A DNA stretch of 32,000 nt from Candidatus Heimdallarchaeota archaeon (lineage in GTDB: Archaea > Asgardarchaeota > Heimdallarchaeia > Heimdallarchaeales > Kariarchaeaceae): positions 90,001-122,000 of the forward strand of contig JASBSB010000007.1 of the NCBI GenBank assembly GCA_030149205.1, written 5' to 3'. Of this stretch, positions 1 to 9,475 are shown piece after piece. Below the pieces are notes generated by a model. It worked only from the letters and a program-made list of their open reading frames with translations. It did not search any database and was not told the DNA's origin. The first letter of the stretch is position 1. Each line of letters begins with the position of its first letter. The position numbers were made by a program, and so were the translations under genes.

Positions 1-916
1 CGAAACCTTGAATTGCTGCAGCTTCTTGCCATGATAGAGGTCTATTTTCATCTAATAATGGATATTTATACGAAAGAAACCATTCATAAGTAAATCTGTC
101 ATTAATCAGGTTATCTTTCTTCATTTTGATTCCAGTTGGATGTAGTGATATAGAGCGCATGCTTGCAAGTATTGTATATGAAACGTCTTCATATCCTCTC
201 TTCCGATTTCTAGAACGAAAGTGCCATGGTTGCGGGAATTCTAAAAATGGAAAATAATCGGATCCTGAACGAAACAATCTCCCTTCAAACTGTTTTAATT
301 TGTCACCTATTTTGACTCCATTGTTAGCATACTTCATTAATTTGTGAAAAATTATTTCAATTGACAGATTTTTCCAATTAGGGTCTTTTTCTCGAACTTT
401 TCGATGTATTCCAAAATAAAATAATCTTCTTCTTGCCTGCGATACCCCAAAATCAGAGGCATTTAAAATTAGTGGAAAAACATGATAAGACCCGTTGTTA
501 ATAGAATTAAATTCATCTAGAATATAATCAAAAAAATAACCATCATAATTTGATTTTAATCCCAATACATTTTCTGCAACAAAAAAAAGTGGTTCAACTG
601 TTTTAACAACTTGTTTAAAAAATAAAAATAACTTATTCCTTGGATCATTTTTTTCTCTCGAGCCAATCATACTAAAACCTTGACAAGGAAATCCACCAAT
701 TACAATATTGGCCCTTGGTAATAAAGATAAATTTAAGTCTTCAATAGGGATTATTCCAATGCTTTCATTATCACGATAATTATGAATAGCTTGATATATT
801 TTGTAAATTTCAGGTACTTTCTCATTTGCAAACACAATTTTAAACCCTTCTTTTGTAAATCCAAGATCAAGTCCTCCTATACCGCTAAATAACGAAATCA
901 CATTTGGAGCTACCAT
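1..916 (-). CDS. DNA (cytosine-5)-methyltransferase, 3'-truncated by the window edge (not in ORF track)
   Basis: Manual translation from ATG at 916: MVAPNVISLFSGIGGLDLGF (motif I), GGFPCQGFS (motif IV, catalytic PC), ENV (VI), QARRRLF (VIII) and RPLSWQEAAAIQGF at the window edge (IX/X). Motifs I and IX/X are in the same frame and no stop was seen in the stretches translated. Confidence 0.95.
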   Translation of the reverse strand, partial: MVAPNVISLFSGIGGLDLGFTKEGFKIVFANEKVPEIYKIYQAIHNYRDNESIGIIPIEDLNLSLLPRANIVIGGFPCQGFSMIGSREKNDPRNKLFLFFKQVVKTVEPLFFVAENVLGLKSNYDGYFFDYILDEFNSINNGSYHVFPLILNASDFGVSQARRRLFYFGIHRKVREKDPNWKNLSIEIIFHKLMKYANNGVKIGDKLKQFEGRLFRSGSDYFPFLEFPQPWHFRSRNRKRGYEDVSYTILASMRSISLHPTGIKMKKDNLINDRFTYEWFLSYKYPLLDENRPLSWQEAAAIQGF

Positions 917-1090
917 AAGAAATATTAAAATTCAGGTAAATTAACTTTTGGCCATTGAATAAATCAAATTGTAAGCTTTTTTTATTATTATAATATGTAC
1001 AAAATATATTCATTCTCATTTTTTTAGGGCTGTTTATTCAAACGTTTAATTTATCATATAATAGAAAAATAAATAGAATGCAGTGATTAC

Positions 1091-1146
1091 TCTTAAATGA
1101 TTTTTAGGGTACAACCCAATTTAAAAGAGTTGTATTTTTCTTAAGA
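1091..1146 (-). terminator. Possible 3' hairpin downstream of the sarcosine oxidase gene
   Basis: TACAAC (1110-1115)/GTTGTA (1129-1134) nested within TCTTAA (1091-1096)/TTAAGA (1141-1146), immediately after the stop at 1147. Confidence 0.3.
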
Positions 1147-2253
1147 TCAAATTTTAATCTTGAAATGTTCAAGGTTAACATCTGATTCACCAGTCAGAAT
1201 TAAATCTCTCACTACCTCACCAATTAATGCTGTAAATTTAAATCCATGACCAGAAAACCCCCCACAAAACAGGATATTTTTATTTTTTGGGTGATAATCA
1301 ATTATAAAATTATCGTCTGGTGTAATTGTATAAAGACATCTCTCAGAGAACTCTGGAGTGGGATTTAGTCCAGGGAACATTCTCTCTGCAAATTTTGTCG
1401 TCAGTTTGACCAATTCAGAATTCACTTCCGGATCGCGTTTTGAGATATCATCAATGATCTTGTTTGAGAAATGAGGTGCGATTTTGACATACCCATCCTT
1501 TTCAAATTCTGGAAACCCATAAAACACAGGCTCTTCCCAACAGATGAAAATAGGGCTATCAACTGATTCTCGTTGCTTAAAATACATGAAGGCAACCTGC
1601 CAAATTTGTAAATAACCCAATTTGATCCCCAAATCCTCTGCGATGTTTTTTAGCCAGGCACCAGCTGTAATTACAACCTTTTTTGAGGTATATTCTCCTT
1701 TAGAAGTTATTACCTTTATTCCTTCCCTCAATCTTTGAATTGATAACACCTCTTCTTCGTCCTTCATTGTGCATCCCTGTGCTTTAGCCTGATTTTGGAG
1801 AAAGGGGAGGACCTCATCAGGATTAAGTATCCCTGCATCTGGTTGGTAGATTCCTATATAACCGCCAGGGATATTGAAATTGGGAAACCTGCCTCTCATT
1901 TCCTTAGCGTTTAATCTCTCAAACTTGATCCCTATTTTTTCTATGGATTTGATTGTTTGTAACAACCTTGGTGAATCTGGGGGGCCAAAATCTAAGCCAC
2001 CTTTTTTATGAATAAAATTTCTTTCAGTGCTTTCTCTGATCCTATCCCATGCAGCATAAGCTTTGTACATCATAGAGACAAAGTAATCCTGTTCATAAGT
2101 CAGACGAATTATTCGACTTTCTCCATGGCTTGAACCATTGGTATGACCAAATGCAAATTGCTCGAGGAGAAGAACCCTCATATTTTTGGATAGCTGGTAA
2201 GCTGCTGAGGAACCCATTGCACCAGCACCAATAACAATAACATCAAAATCCAT
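1147..2253 (-). CDS. Monomeric sarcosine oxidase / N-methyl-amino-acid oxidase (MSOX/SolA/PIPOX family)
   Basis: GAGAMG FAD-binding motif, GSSHGESRIIR, conserved flavinylation-region Cys in ERCLYTITPDDNFIID, GFSGHGFKF. Confidence 0.88.
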   Translation of the reverse strand: MDFDVIVIGAGAMGSSAAYQLSKNMRVLLLEQFAFGHTNGSSHGESRIIRLTYEQDYFVSMMYKAYAAWDRIRESTERNFIHKKGGLDFGPPDSPRLLQTIKSIEKIGIKFERLNAKEMRGRFPNFNIPGGYIGIYQPDAGILNPDEVLPFLQNQAKAQGCTMKDEEEVLSIQRLREGIKVITSKGEYTSKKVVITAGAWLKNIAEDLGIKLGYLQIWQVAFMYFKQRESVDSPIFICWEEPVFYGFPEFEKDGYVKIAPHFSNKIIDDISKRDPEVNSELVKLTTKFAERMFPGLNPTPEFSERCLYTITPDDNFIIDYHPKNKNILFCGGFSGHGFKFTALIGEVVRDLILTGESDVNLEHFKIKI

Positions 2254-2508
2254 GCAATTTTACAGAATTAACAAATCTTAAGCTTTATGGGCTATCGCTG
2301 AATTCCTGAGGTGAGCGGAACCCTTTACAGCTTCCATAAAAGTGTGTTTCCTTACATTACATAAACATATCTGATACACATCTCCCCCAATATATCCCAA
2401 CATGTCAATCTTATGATGATGTTTAAGGAGGATGAAAGTGGCTAATTCGATTACTTATTGCTAAGAGATTACACAAAGAATAATCAATAAAGAATTCCTA
2501 GAAGATAT

Positions 2509-3399
2509 ATGCAAACAGACGACAAATCAGACCAATCAGTTCTCATAACTGGTGCAAATGGGGGAATTGGTCTAGTGACAACAAAGCTACTGTCTGGAAG
2601 GGGAATTCACGTATTCGCAGGATACAGAGGTGCTGATACTGTAAATTCCTTTGAAGGCTTAAATAATGTTACTCCGGTTAAAATAGATGTAACCAGCGTA
2701 GATTCCATCAGAGAAGCATTAAACACAATAACACAATCTGGAAGAACGCTGAAGGGGATAGTCAACAATACGGGTCTTTCTGACTATGGACCACTCCTTG
2801 AAATGACTACAGAAAGTCTCGAAAGATTAATCAATGTAAATTTGTATGGTGTACACAGAGTCACATCAGTTTTTATTGACCTTCTAATCGCCTCTCAGGG
2901 AAGAATTATAAATATCAGCTCAATTGATGGAATTCTCACACAAAGGTTTACTGGTGCATATTCCATGTCCAAGCATGCCTTAGAAACCTACTCTGATGTT
3001 TTAAGGCTAGAGCTTGAAAAATTTGGAATCAAGGTTTGTGTTATAGAACCTGGAAGCTTTAATTCATCCATGTTCAAGAATAATATCCCATGGATAGAGT
3101 CTCGACTTGAACAAATAAAGGATTCAAGATACGCACAGGAAACATCCTTTGTCTTAGAAAATAGTGAACAAATTATTGCTAGACAGAATGCACTTCCTGA
3201 TCCAAGCGTGGTTGGAGAGGCTATTTTTAAGGCTTTAAGCTCTTCTACACCAAAGAACAGGTATCTTGTAGCCACTGCCGATGAAACTGAAAGAGTTGTT
3301 AAGCATCTTTTGAAACTGCTTTCAGAGATAAATGAAGACCATGATACAGCATTATCAAAAGAAAGATTACAAGCGTTAGTGGATAAAATTTTAATTTAA
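2509..3399 (+). CDS. Classical short-chain dehydrogenase/reductase (RDH/17beta-HSD-like)
   Basis: TGANGGIG, VNNTG, NISS, YSMSK catalytic motif, IEPG. Confidence 0.92.
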   Translation: MQTDDKSDQSVLITGANGGIGLVTTKLLSGRGIHVFAGYRGADTVNSFEGLNNVTPVKIDVTSVDSIREALNTITQSGRTLKGIVNNTGLSDYGPLLEMTTESLERLINVNLYGVHRVTSVFIDLLIASQGRIINISSIDGILTQRFTGAYSMSKHALETYSDVLRLELEKFGIKVCVIEPGSFNSSMFKNNIPWIESRLEQIKDSRYAQETSFVLENSEQIIARQNALPDPSVVGEAIFKALSSSTPKNRYLVATADETERVVKHLLKLLSEINEDHDTALSKERLQALVDKILI

Positions 3400-3546
3400 G
3401 TAAACAAAAAACCAAACAACTTTTTATAACACACACAATTGGTCAAAATACTCCCCATAATTCAAAATTGGATACATACAGTGTTTAATATAAGAAAAAC
3501 TGTAACTCCAGATAATTCATATGACCATTTTATCAAAAATAGATCA

Positions 3547-3641
3547 TCTATCTCTCCAGGTTGATGTTAGAGATAGACATTGAAATTTTAAGTGCTAACT
3601 TCTACTTCAAAAAAAAAAAAAGCAAATGATGTAATTACATC
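3547..3641. promoter_or_regulatory. Inverted repeats and A13 tract upstream of the endonuclease
   Basis: TCTATCTCT (3547-3555)/AGAGATAGA (3569-3577); A13 run at 3609-3621; perfect 14-bp palindrome GATGTAATTACATC (3628-3641). Confidence 0.4.
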
Positions 3642-3738
3642 CGACAAATAATATTTTTTATCAATTATGACTATTGTAATATTTTAGTAACACATTGGTA
3701 TTATGTAACAAGATAAATAGAGAAATAAAAATTCATCT

Positions 3739-4782
3739 ATGAAAGATTTAATTTGGAAAGAAGACGAGCTATACATAAAGGAGCTGATCTGCAATCTTTA
3801 TTATGGGAATTTACGGAAATTTTATTATGTAATTGAGAAACAAAGAGTAATTCAACTTCTAAAATATTTGGAGAGAGATTTTCCTACAAATAAGTCAAAT
3901 TTATTAGAGAGGATAGATAAACAAAAAAGTATAAAAGAAGTTATTTCATTATCTCAAATGGGGGATAAAACTCTTACGAATATAATCGGTGATGAGAAGA
4001 AAACGATAGATAAAGTTAAAGAGATTGTCAAAGAAGTAATTGATTATGTTGAAAATGAAGTTAATGAGACCGAAATTTCTAATAAATTAGAATTAAAAAT
4101 TATGGGTAAATCCATTGAAAAATCGTTAGTATTCCAGATCATTTTATTGTTAAATAGTGCCTATGCGACCATTAGCGGATCGATCAGAAGTAAATATGGA
4201 AAATTAGTTGAAAAATACTATTTAAAAATGCTCATTCAAGCCTTTGAAAGTATAATATGGCATGAAGATAAGGATCTGGATTATAATGAAGAAGGACATC
4301 CCGTGATTGATAAAACTGGATTAGGTGCTATACACGGTGCAAAATGGAAAGTAGAGCAGAATCAATTATCACGAGTAACAACAAAAGGTGAAGCTGGTAG
4401 GGAGATCGATTTATTAGTGTTCTTTTTTGATGTTAGTAAAAAACGTTTTTTCCCTCTGTGTGCGATAGAATTCACAATTGGAGGTAGAGGAAATCCTAGT
4501 GCTTCTGTAAACAAAGCAAAAAGTATAGAAAGTTTTGATTTTATTCTACCAAATAGTACAATTTTCACAGCTTTTGATTTATCAAAATCGAATATTAGGA
4601 AAGATATTAAGAAAGCAAAAATAATCATTTTCCAAGATGATATAGAAACAAAGCCAATTGAAATGATATATTCGACCATTAATCAAAGGTTATTAAATCT
4701 AGAAATAAACGTTAAGTTAATTCCAATAAATAATGTTACCAAAAATTTATCATCAATTATTGTTGGAAATTGTTGTGAATGA
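3739..4782 (+). CDS. Putative type II restriction endonuclease, CfrBI-family-like
   Basis: Motifs resemble my recollection of the CfrBI family: KTLTNIIG, SGSIRSKYGKLVEK, REIDL...IEFTIGGRGNPSAS (family approx. REVD...EVKLMGKGNPES). AT-rich and convergent with an N4C MTase. Confidence 0.6.
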   Translation: MKDLIWKEDELYIKELICNLYYGNLRKFYYVIEKQRVIQLLKYLERDFPTNKSNLLERIDKQKSIKEVISLSQMGDKTLTNIIGDEKKTIDKVKEIVKEVIDYVENEVNETEISNKLELKIMGKSIEKSLVFQIILLLNSAYATISGSIRSKYGKLVEKYYLKMLIQAFESIIWHEDKDLDYNEEGHPVIDKTGLGAIHGAKWKVEQNQLSRVTTKGEAGREIDLLVFFFDVSKKRFFPLCAIEFTIGGRGNPSASVNKAKSIESFDFILPNSTIFTAFDLSKSNIRKDIKKAKIIIFQDDIETKPIEMIYSTINQRLLNLEINVKLIPINNVTKNLSSIIVGNCCE

Positions 4783-4995
4783 TGTATTACTTTCACTAAT
4801 AACTTCGTTAGAAAGAATAGTTTTTGTACCTGATTCATTTATTTCCATGATATTTACGCTTTCAATATCATACTCAAATAATGAACCAAACAAGATTTCC
4901 TGAATCTCTTTTCCTGTTCCAGTAAGTTTAATAGATACAGAGATTTTATATTTGTGGTTATCTTCTAATTCATCTAATTCAAAATGTGTGTTCAT
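4753..4995 (-). CDS. Small acidic hypothetical protein (80 aa)
   Basis: ATG ORF 50 nt downstream of and co-oriented with the MTase; 14 D/E, 5 K, no R; overlaps the endonuclease 3' end by 30 nt. Confidence 0.45.
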   Translation of the reverse strand: MNTHFELDELEDNHKYKISVSIKLTGTGKEIQEILFGSLFEYDIESVNIMEINESGTKTILSNEVISESNTSFTTISNNN

Positions 4996-5045
4996 GGTTA
5001 TTTATTGAAATTAGACAATTTAAAGTGATGAGGTTTGGTAAAAAT

Positions 5046-6494
5046 TCACGAATATTTTGTTGTGATTATAGGTTTTATATCATTTATTATTTCAATATCT
5101 TCCTCAATTGTTGAAATTGCCTCATTAATTTTCCTGTAATTATCTTCAAGGCGTTCTACTGATGGTTTTTTGATTGTAGTAATTGATGAACCTGTACCAT
5201 CTTGTTTTAATTTTTCAAGGAATTTTACCATTAGATCTTTAACAACTTTCACTAATTCATATGTGTTGTTGCTTTCAAATTCACAATCAGAAATTTTTTC
5301 CATAACAAGAATATATTCATCATCTATTTTTCCAATGTTACTATGGTGTTTTTTAGTCTTGTCAATATTTCGATTTATCGATGTGATGATCTTAAATCCC
5401 ATTTTCTCACCTAATTGAGAAAAAAATTTGTGGGATTCTATCAATTCATATTCTAAGCTTGAATTACCGACAACAATAACACATATTTTGTTTCGTTTTA
5501 ACACACGGTTCATTTCAATAATTGTACGTCCCATGTCTCCTAAATATTCTGAAAGTAACCGGAATCTATTGTTTATAAAGTGTGAATGTCCTCCTATTTC
5601 ATTATCTTTAAACAATTTAATATCTAAATCAAGAACTGCCATATTGTATTGATGAATACGATAATAATCGAGAGCATTTACATAAGGTGGAGAAGTAACA
5701 ATTAAATCTACAGATTTATTCTCAATATAATTTAATTTTCGAGAATCACCCTTGATTACCTCGATTTTAGACTTGTCATTGCCAACCTTATTTTTTAAAT
5801 GGATCAATTCTTTTGCAAAAAGTCTAATATTCTTTAAAAATAATTTGTAAAATCTATCAGCAGACCATTTAACAATTTCTTTTTTTCTACCATTTTGATC
5901 AATTAACGAAAAAATAGCAGATGATAATGAAACATCTAATAAACGACAAATAATTGGATTAGAAAATAATTTAGAAGATTTTCTAATTTGTACTATTCTT
6001 TTTAAAAGGTCATCATGAAAATATTCTTTTTCTTTTCTTTTTGGTAATTTATCTTTGAGTTGATTAATTTCATTCATAGAGACTTCTTGTGTTTCAATAT
6101 TATATTTAATATTTTCAAAATTAAACGAATCTAATAAATCAGTTTTTAGATTAGCAATTAGGTGAGCTAATGGATTGAAATCAATACCAATTCCATTTCT
6201 TTTATTCAAAAGCGCTTCTACTAAGGTAGTACCTCCTCCCATAAACGGATCTAATACAGTGTCTCCTTTTTTTGTAAACAGTTTAATGAATGTTTTAGGA
6301 ATTTGAGGTATAAACCTTGCTGGATATGAATGAATTTTGTGAGATAAATATTGTGTTTTGGCATCTGTAAAGTCCCACAGAATTTCATTTTTAACAATTT
6401 CAAATGCTTCTATATTAGATATACATTGTTTGTTCAGATGATTTTTTTCAGTTTTCGATGGCTCATTAAACCATTGATCTAAACTCGTATTCAT
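5046..6494 (-). CDS. Amino-DNA methyltransferase, probably N4-cytosine, alpha motif order, with C-terminal extension
   Basis: HKIHSYPARFIPQIP, DPFMGGGTT (motif I) preceding DLIVTSPPY (motif IV; SPPY is typical of m4C MTases). Confidence 0.9.
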   Translation of the reverse strand: MNTSLDQWFNEPSKTEKNHLNKQCISNIEAFEIVKNEILWDFTDAKTQYLSHKIHSYPARFIPQIPKTFIKLFTKKGDTVLDPFMGGGTTLVEALLNKRNGIGIDFNPLAHLIANLKTDLLDSFNFENIKYNIETQEVSMNEINQLKDKLPKRKEKEYFHDDLLKRIVQIRKSSKLFSNPIICRLLDVSLSSAIFSLIDQNGRKKEIVKWSADRFYKLFLKNIRLFAKELIHLKNKVGNDKSKIEVIKGDSRKLNYIENKSVDLIVTSPPYVNALDYYRIHQYNMAVLDLDIKLFKDNEIGGHSHFINNRFRLLSEYLGDMGRTIIEMNRVLKRNKICVIVVGNSSLEYELIESHKFFSQLGEKMGFKIITSINRNIDKTKKHHSNIGKIDDEYILVMEKISDCEFESNNTYELVKVVKDLMVKFLEKLKQDGTGSSITTIKKPSVERLEDNYRKINEAISTIEEDIEIINDIKPIITTKYS

Positions 6495-6682
6495 AGCTCT
6501 TATTTGTCATCAAAGAGTTAGAATTAATAAGTACTTATTCGTTATGCTAGATTGATTGCATTTTTTAATCATTTACTTTACTCTCCTTTATTATGTATTC
6601 ACTTCCATTATTTGTACACACTCCTAATTATTCTGTACATTACAACTCATGAGATTCAAAGTTTTTTACCTATTAATTTTTC

Positions 6683-9475
6683 CTAACTGCATCCGGATGT
6701 ATTACCACATTCTGGGCAGGTGTAGCATGATCCTGTTCTAAAGGCAATTGCACCACAGTAGATACAGATCGTGTTATCCTCAAGGCTTGCGTTCTCAGGA
6801 ATTGGGTTGATGCTGGGTGAGACATCAGACGTGTCATGCTCAACGGTGTGCATGCTTATAGGTCTCTCCTCCTCAGGGAGAAATTCCATGGCAAGCCACC
6901 TGAATATGTAGTCCACAATACTTGAGGTTGTTGGTATATCCTTGTTAGCTGTGTAGCCTGAGGGTTCAAACTTTGTGTGAATAAACTTGTTTACTAACAC
7001 AGACAGAGGCACACCATATTGTAATGACATAGAGATCAATACAGCCAGTGAGTCCATCACACCACCGAGGGTAGACCCCTGTTTGCTCATCTTGATGAAC
7101 ACCTCACCTACAGTTCCATCCTCATAAAGGCCTGCGATTATATACCCCTCATGTCCGTCAATGTCAAACTTGTGCACCTTGGATTGTCTTGTCTCAGGAA
7201 GCCTTCTTCTGACAGGTTCTCTGATCGTTACAACCTTCTTCTCAGTCTTTAAGGCAGAGGAGGTATCAGATGTCATTGTTCCGGATTTATCACCCGACTT
7301 CGTACTGGATTTATCACTAGATTTGTCTTCTGACTTTTCAGTGGATTTACCAGTGTTCAGGGGTTGCAGTCTCTTTGAGTTGTCTCTGTAGATGGCAATA
7401 GCCTTCAATCCCATTTTCCACGCCTGTATGTAGGTCTCTGAGATCTCCTCAACTGTGCTGTGCTCAGGCATGTTCACAGTCTTAGAAATTGCACCAGAGA
7501 GGAATGGTTGTGCGGCAGCCATCATCTTGACATGTCCCATATGATGAATTGTTCTTGTGCCATGAGGGCTCTTAAATGCGCAGTCAAATACAGGAAGGTC
7601 TTTCTCCTTGAATCCGGGGGCACCTTCAACAGTGCCATTTTCCAAGACGTAATCCATGATCTGGGCTATCTCCTCCTTGGTATATTTCAGACGCTTTAAT
7701 GCAAGAGGTACAGTTTGGTTTATAATGGTCATGTACCCACCACCGACGAGTTTCTTGTATTTTACGAGTGCTATATCAGGTTCTATACCGGTTGTATCAG
7801 CATCCATCATGAAAGAGATGGTTCCGGTGGGAGCAAGAACAGTCACCTGTGCGTTTCTGTAGCCATAGTTCTCACCAACAGTGAGGGTGGTATCCCACAC
7901 TGTGGTTGCATACTCATAGACCTGAGAGTCCACCCCCTTGTTTTTTATCTGTTTAGAGGCATCTCTGTGCATTTTGATGACTTCTAACATAGGTTCTCTG
8001 TTTGCTTTGAATCCCTCAAATGGCTGTTTTACAGCTGCAATCAGACCACTCTGTAGGTATCCTTGACCGGTGAGAATGGATGTTAGCCCAGCAGTATAGT
8101 TCCTACCCTCATCACTGTCATATGGAAGTCCGAGTGACATGAGTAGAGCACCTAGATTGGTGTATCCAAGACCAAGGGTTCTGTAGATGTGACTGTTCTT
8201 CTCTATCTGAGATGTGGGATAGCTGGAGTTTCCGACCAGTATCTCCTGTGCTGTGATGAGGATGTTGATTGTATGAATGTATTCTTCGAGCTTAAAGTTG
8301 CCATCTTGATCTCTGTATTTCAGGAGATTAATTGAGGCTAGGTTACATGCTGTGTCATCTAGAAAGACATACTCACTGCATGGGTTACTGGCATTGATTG
8401 GACCGCTGACCTTACAGGTGTGCCACTTGTTAAGTGTGTCCTTGAACTGCAAACCTGGATCCCCACAGACGTAAGTAGCCTGACTTATCATGTCCAACAG
8501 CTCTCTCGCCTTGTAGGTGTCTGCTACCTTTCCTGAGGTGACATAATGTGTCTGCCATTCTTTGTTTCGTGTGGCTGCTTCCATAAATGCATCAGACACC
8601 CTTACAGAGTGGTTTGCGTTTTGAAAGAAGACACTGTTATATGCCTCTCCTGTGAATGAGCCATCATATCCTGCATCAATAAGTGCCCATGCTTTCTGTT
8701 CTTCGTGAGCCTTACTGTCTATGAAGTCAACAATATCGGGGTGATCTGCATCCAGAATCACCATCTTTGCTGCTCTTCTGGTCTTACCACCAGATTTTAT
8801 GGTTCCTGCGAAGGCATCATATCCCCTCATGAATGACACCGGTCCAGATGCAAATCCACCCGTGCTAAGCTCCTCTTTCTTTGATCGTAGCTTGGATAGG
8901 TTTACGCCAGATCCAGAGCCATATTTGAAGAGCATTCCCTCGGTCTTTACCAGTTCAAGGATAGATTCCATGCTGTCTTCGATGGAGTTGATGAAGCATG
9001 CGGAGCTTTGTGGTTTGGGGGTTGTTCCGAGATTGAACCAAACTGGTGAGTTAAATGCTGCATACTGGTTGAGGAGGATATGTGTCAGTTCCAGTCCAAA
9101 TATCTCTGCACTTTCCTTATCAGTGAAGTAACTGTCCTTTATTCCCCAGTCTGTGATTGTGTTGACAACTCTGTCTATGAGATGTTTTAGGCTGCTCTCT
9201 CTTTCTGGAGAGTTGTATTTTCCGTGAAAGTATTTGCTTGCCACGATTTGGCTGGCGTTTAATGACCAGTCTTTTGGGAATTCAACATTTTCCTGTTTAA
9301 ACACTGTCTCTCCCTTTTCATTTGCGATGATTGCATCACGTTTTTCCCATTCCACTAATTCGTAGGGGTGGGCACCTGGGGTTGTAAATATTCTGTGAAA
9401 GATCAGGCCGTTTTCGTCAGCCGATGAAGATTTGTATCGTAGTCCCATTTCAGTCATTGTATTATTCTTCCTCAT
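6683..9475 (-). CDS. nrdJ: Class II (adenosylcobalamin-dependent) ribonucleotide reductase with TSCPD domain and C-terminal Zn ribbon
   Basis: NSPVWFN, SACF, GGKTRRAAKM, NPCSE radical Cys, CNLASINL, APTGTIS, SKTVN; C-terminal CIYCG...CPECGNTSGCS. No intein. True start may be the ATG at 9457. Confidence 0.97.
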   Translation of the reverse strand: MRKNNTMTEMGLRYKSSSADENGLIFHRIFTTPGAHPYELVEWEKRDAIIANEKGETVFKQENVEFPKDWSLNASQIVASKYFHGKYNSPERESSLKHLIDRVVNTITDWGIKDSYFTDKESAEIFGLELTHILLNQYAAFNSPVWFNLGTTPKPQSSACFINSIEDSMESILELVKTEGMLFKYGSGSGVNLSKLRSKKEELSTGGFASGPVSFMRGYDAFAGTIKSGGKTRRAAKMVILDADHPDIVDFIDSKAHEEQKAWALIDAGYDGSFTGEAYNSVFFQNANHSVRVSDAFMEAATRNKEWQTHYVTSGKVADTYKARELLDMISQATYVCGDPGLQFKDTLNKWHTCKVSGPINASNPCSEYVFLDDTACNLASINLLKYRDQDGNFKLEEYIHTINILITAQEILVGNSSYPTSQIEKNSHIYRTLGLGYTNLGALLMSLGLPYDSDEGRNYTAGLTSILTGQGYLQSGLIAAVKQPFEGFKANREPMLEVIKMHRDASKQIKNKGVDSQVYEYATTVWDTTLTVGENYGYRNAQVTVLAPTGTISFMMDADTTGIEPDIALVKYKKLVGGGYMTIINQTVPLALKRLKYTKEEIAQIMDYVLENGTVEGAPGFKEKDLPVFDCAFKSPHGTRTIHHMGHVKMMAAAQPFLSGAISKTVNMPEHSTVEEISETYIQAWKMGLKAIAIYRDNSKRLQPLNTGKSTEKSEDKSSDKSSTKSGDKSGTMTSDTSSALKTEKKVVTIREPVRRRLPETRQSKVHKFDIDGHEGYIIAGLYEDGTVGEVFIKMSKQGSTLGGVMDSLAVLISMSLQYGVPLSVLVNKFIHTKFEPSGYTANKDIPTTSSIVDYIFRWLAMEFLPEEERPISMHTVEHDTSDVSPSINPIPENASLEDNTICIYCGAIAFRTGSCYTCPECGNTSGCS
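7277..7348 (-). repeat. In-frame 12-nt x6 repeat encoding the KSxx linker of NrdJ
   Basis: KSTE-KSED-KSSD-KSST-KSGD-KSGT between the catalytic and TSCPD domains. Confidence 0.7.

Noticed and set aside
3400-3560. Membrane-protein-like reading (WSYELSGVTVFLILNTVCIQF) on the minus strand
   Set aside because: No start codon, flanked by stops and short; compatible with chance in AT-rich DNA.
6571-6650. Loose ~19-nt repeats (ttat..gta..ac.cc) between nrdJ and the MTase
   Set aside because: Too degenerate to separate from AT-rich background; no clear att-like direct repeat bounding the R-M genes was found.
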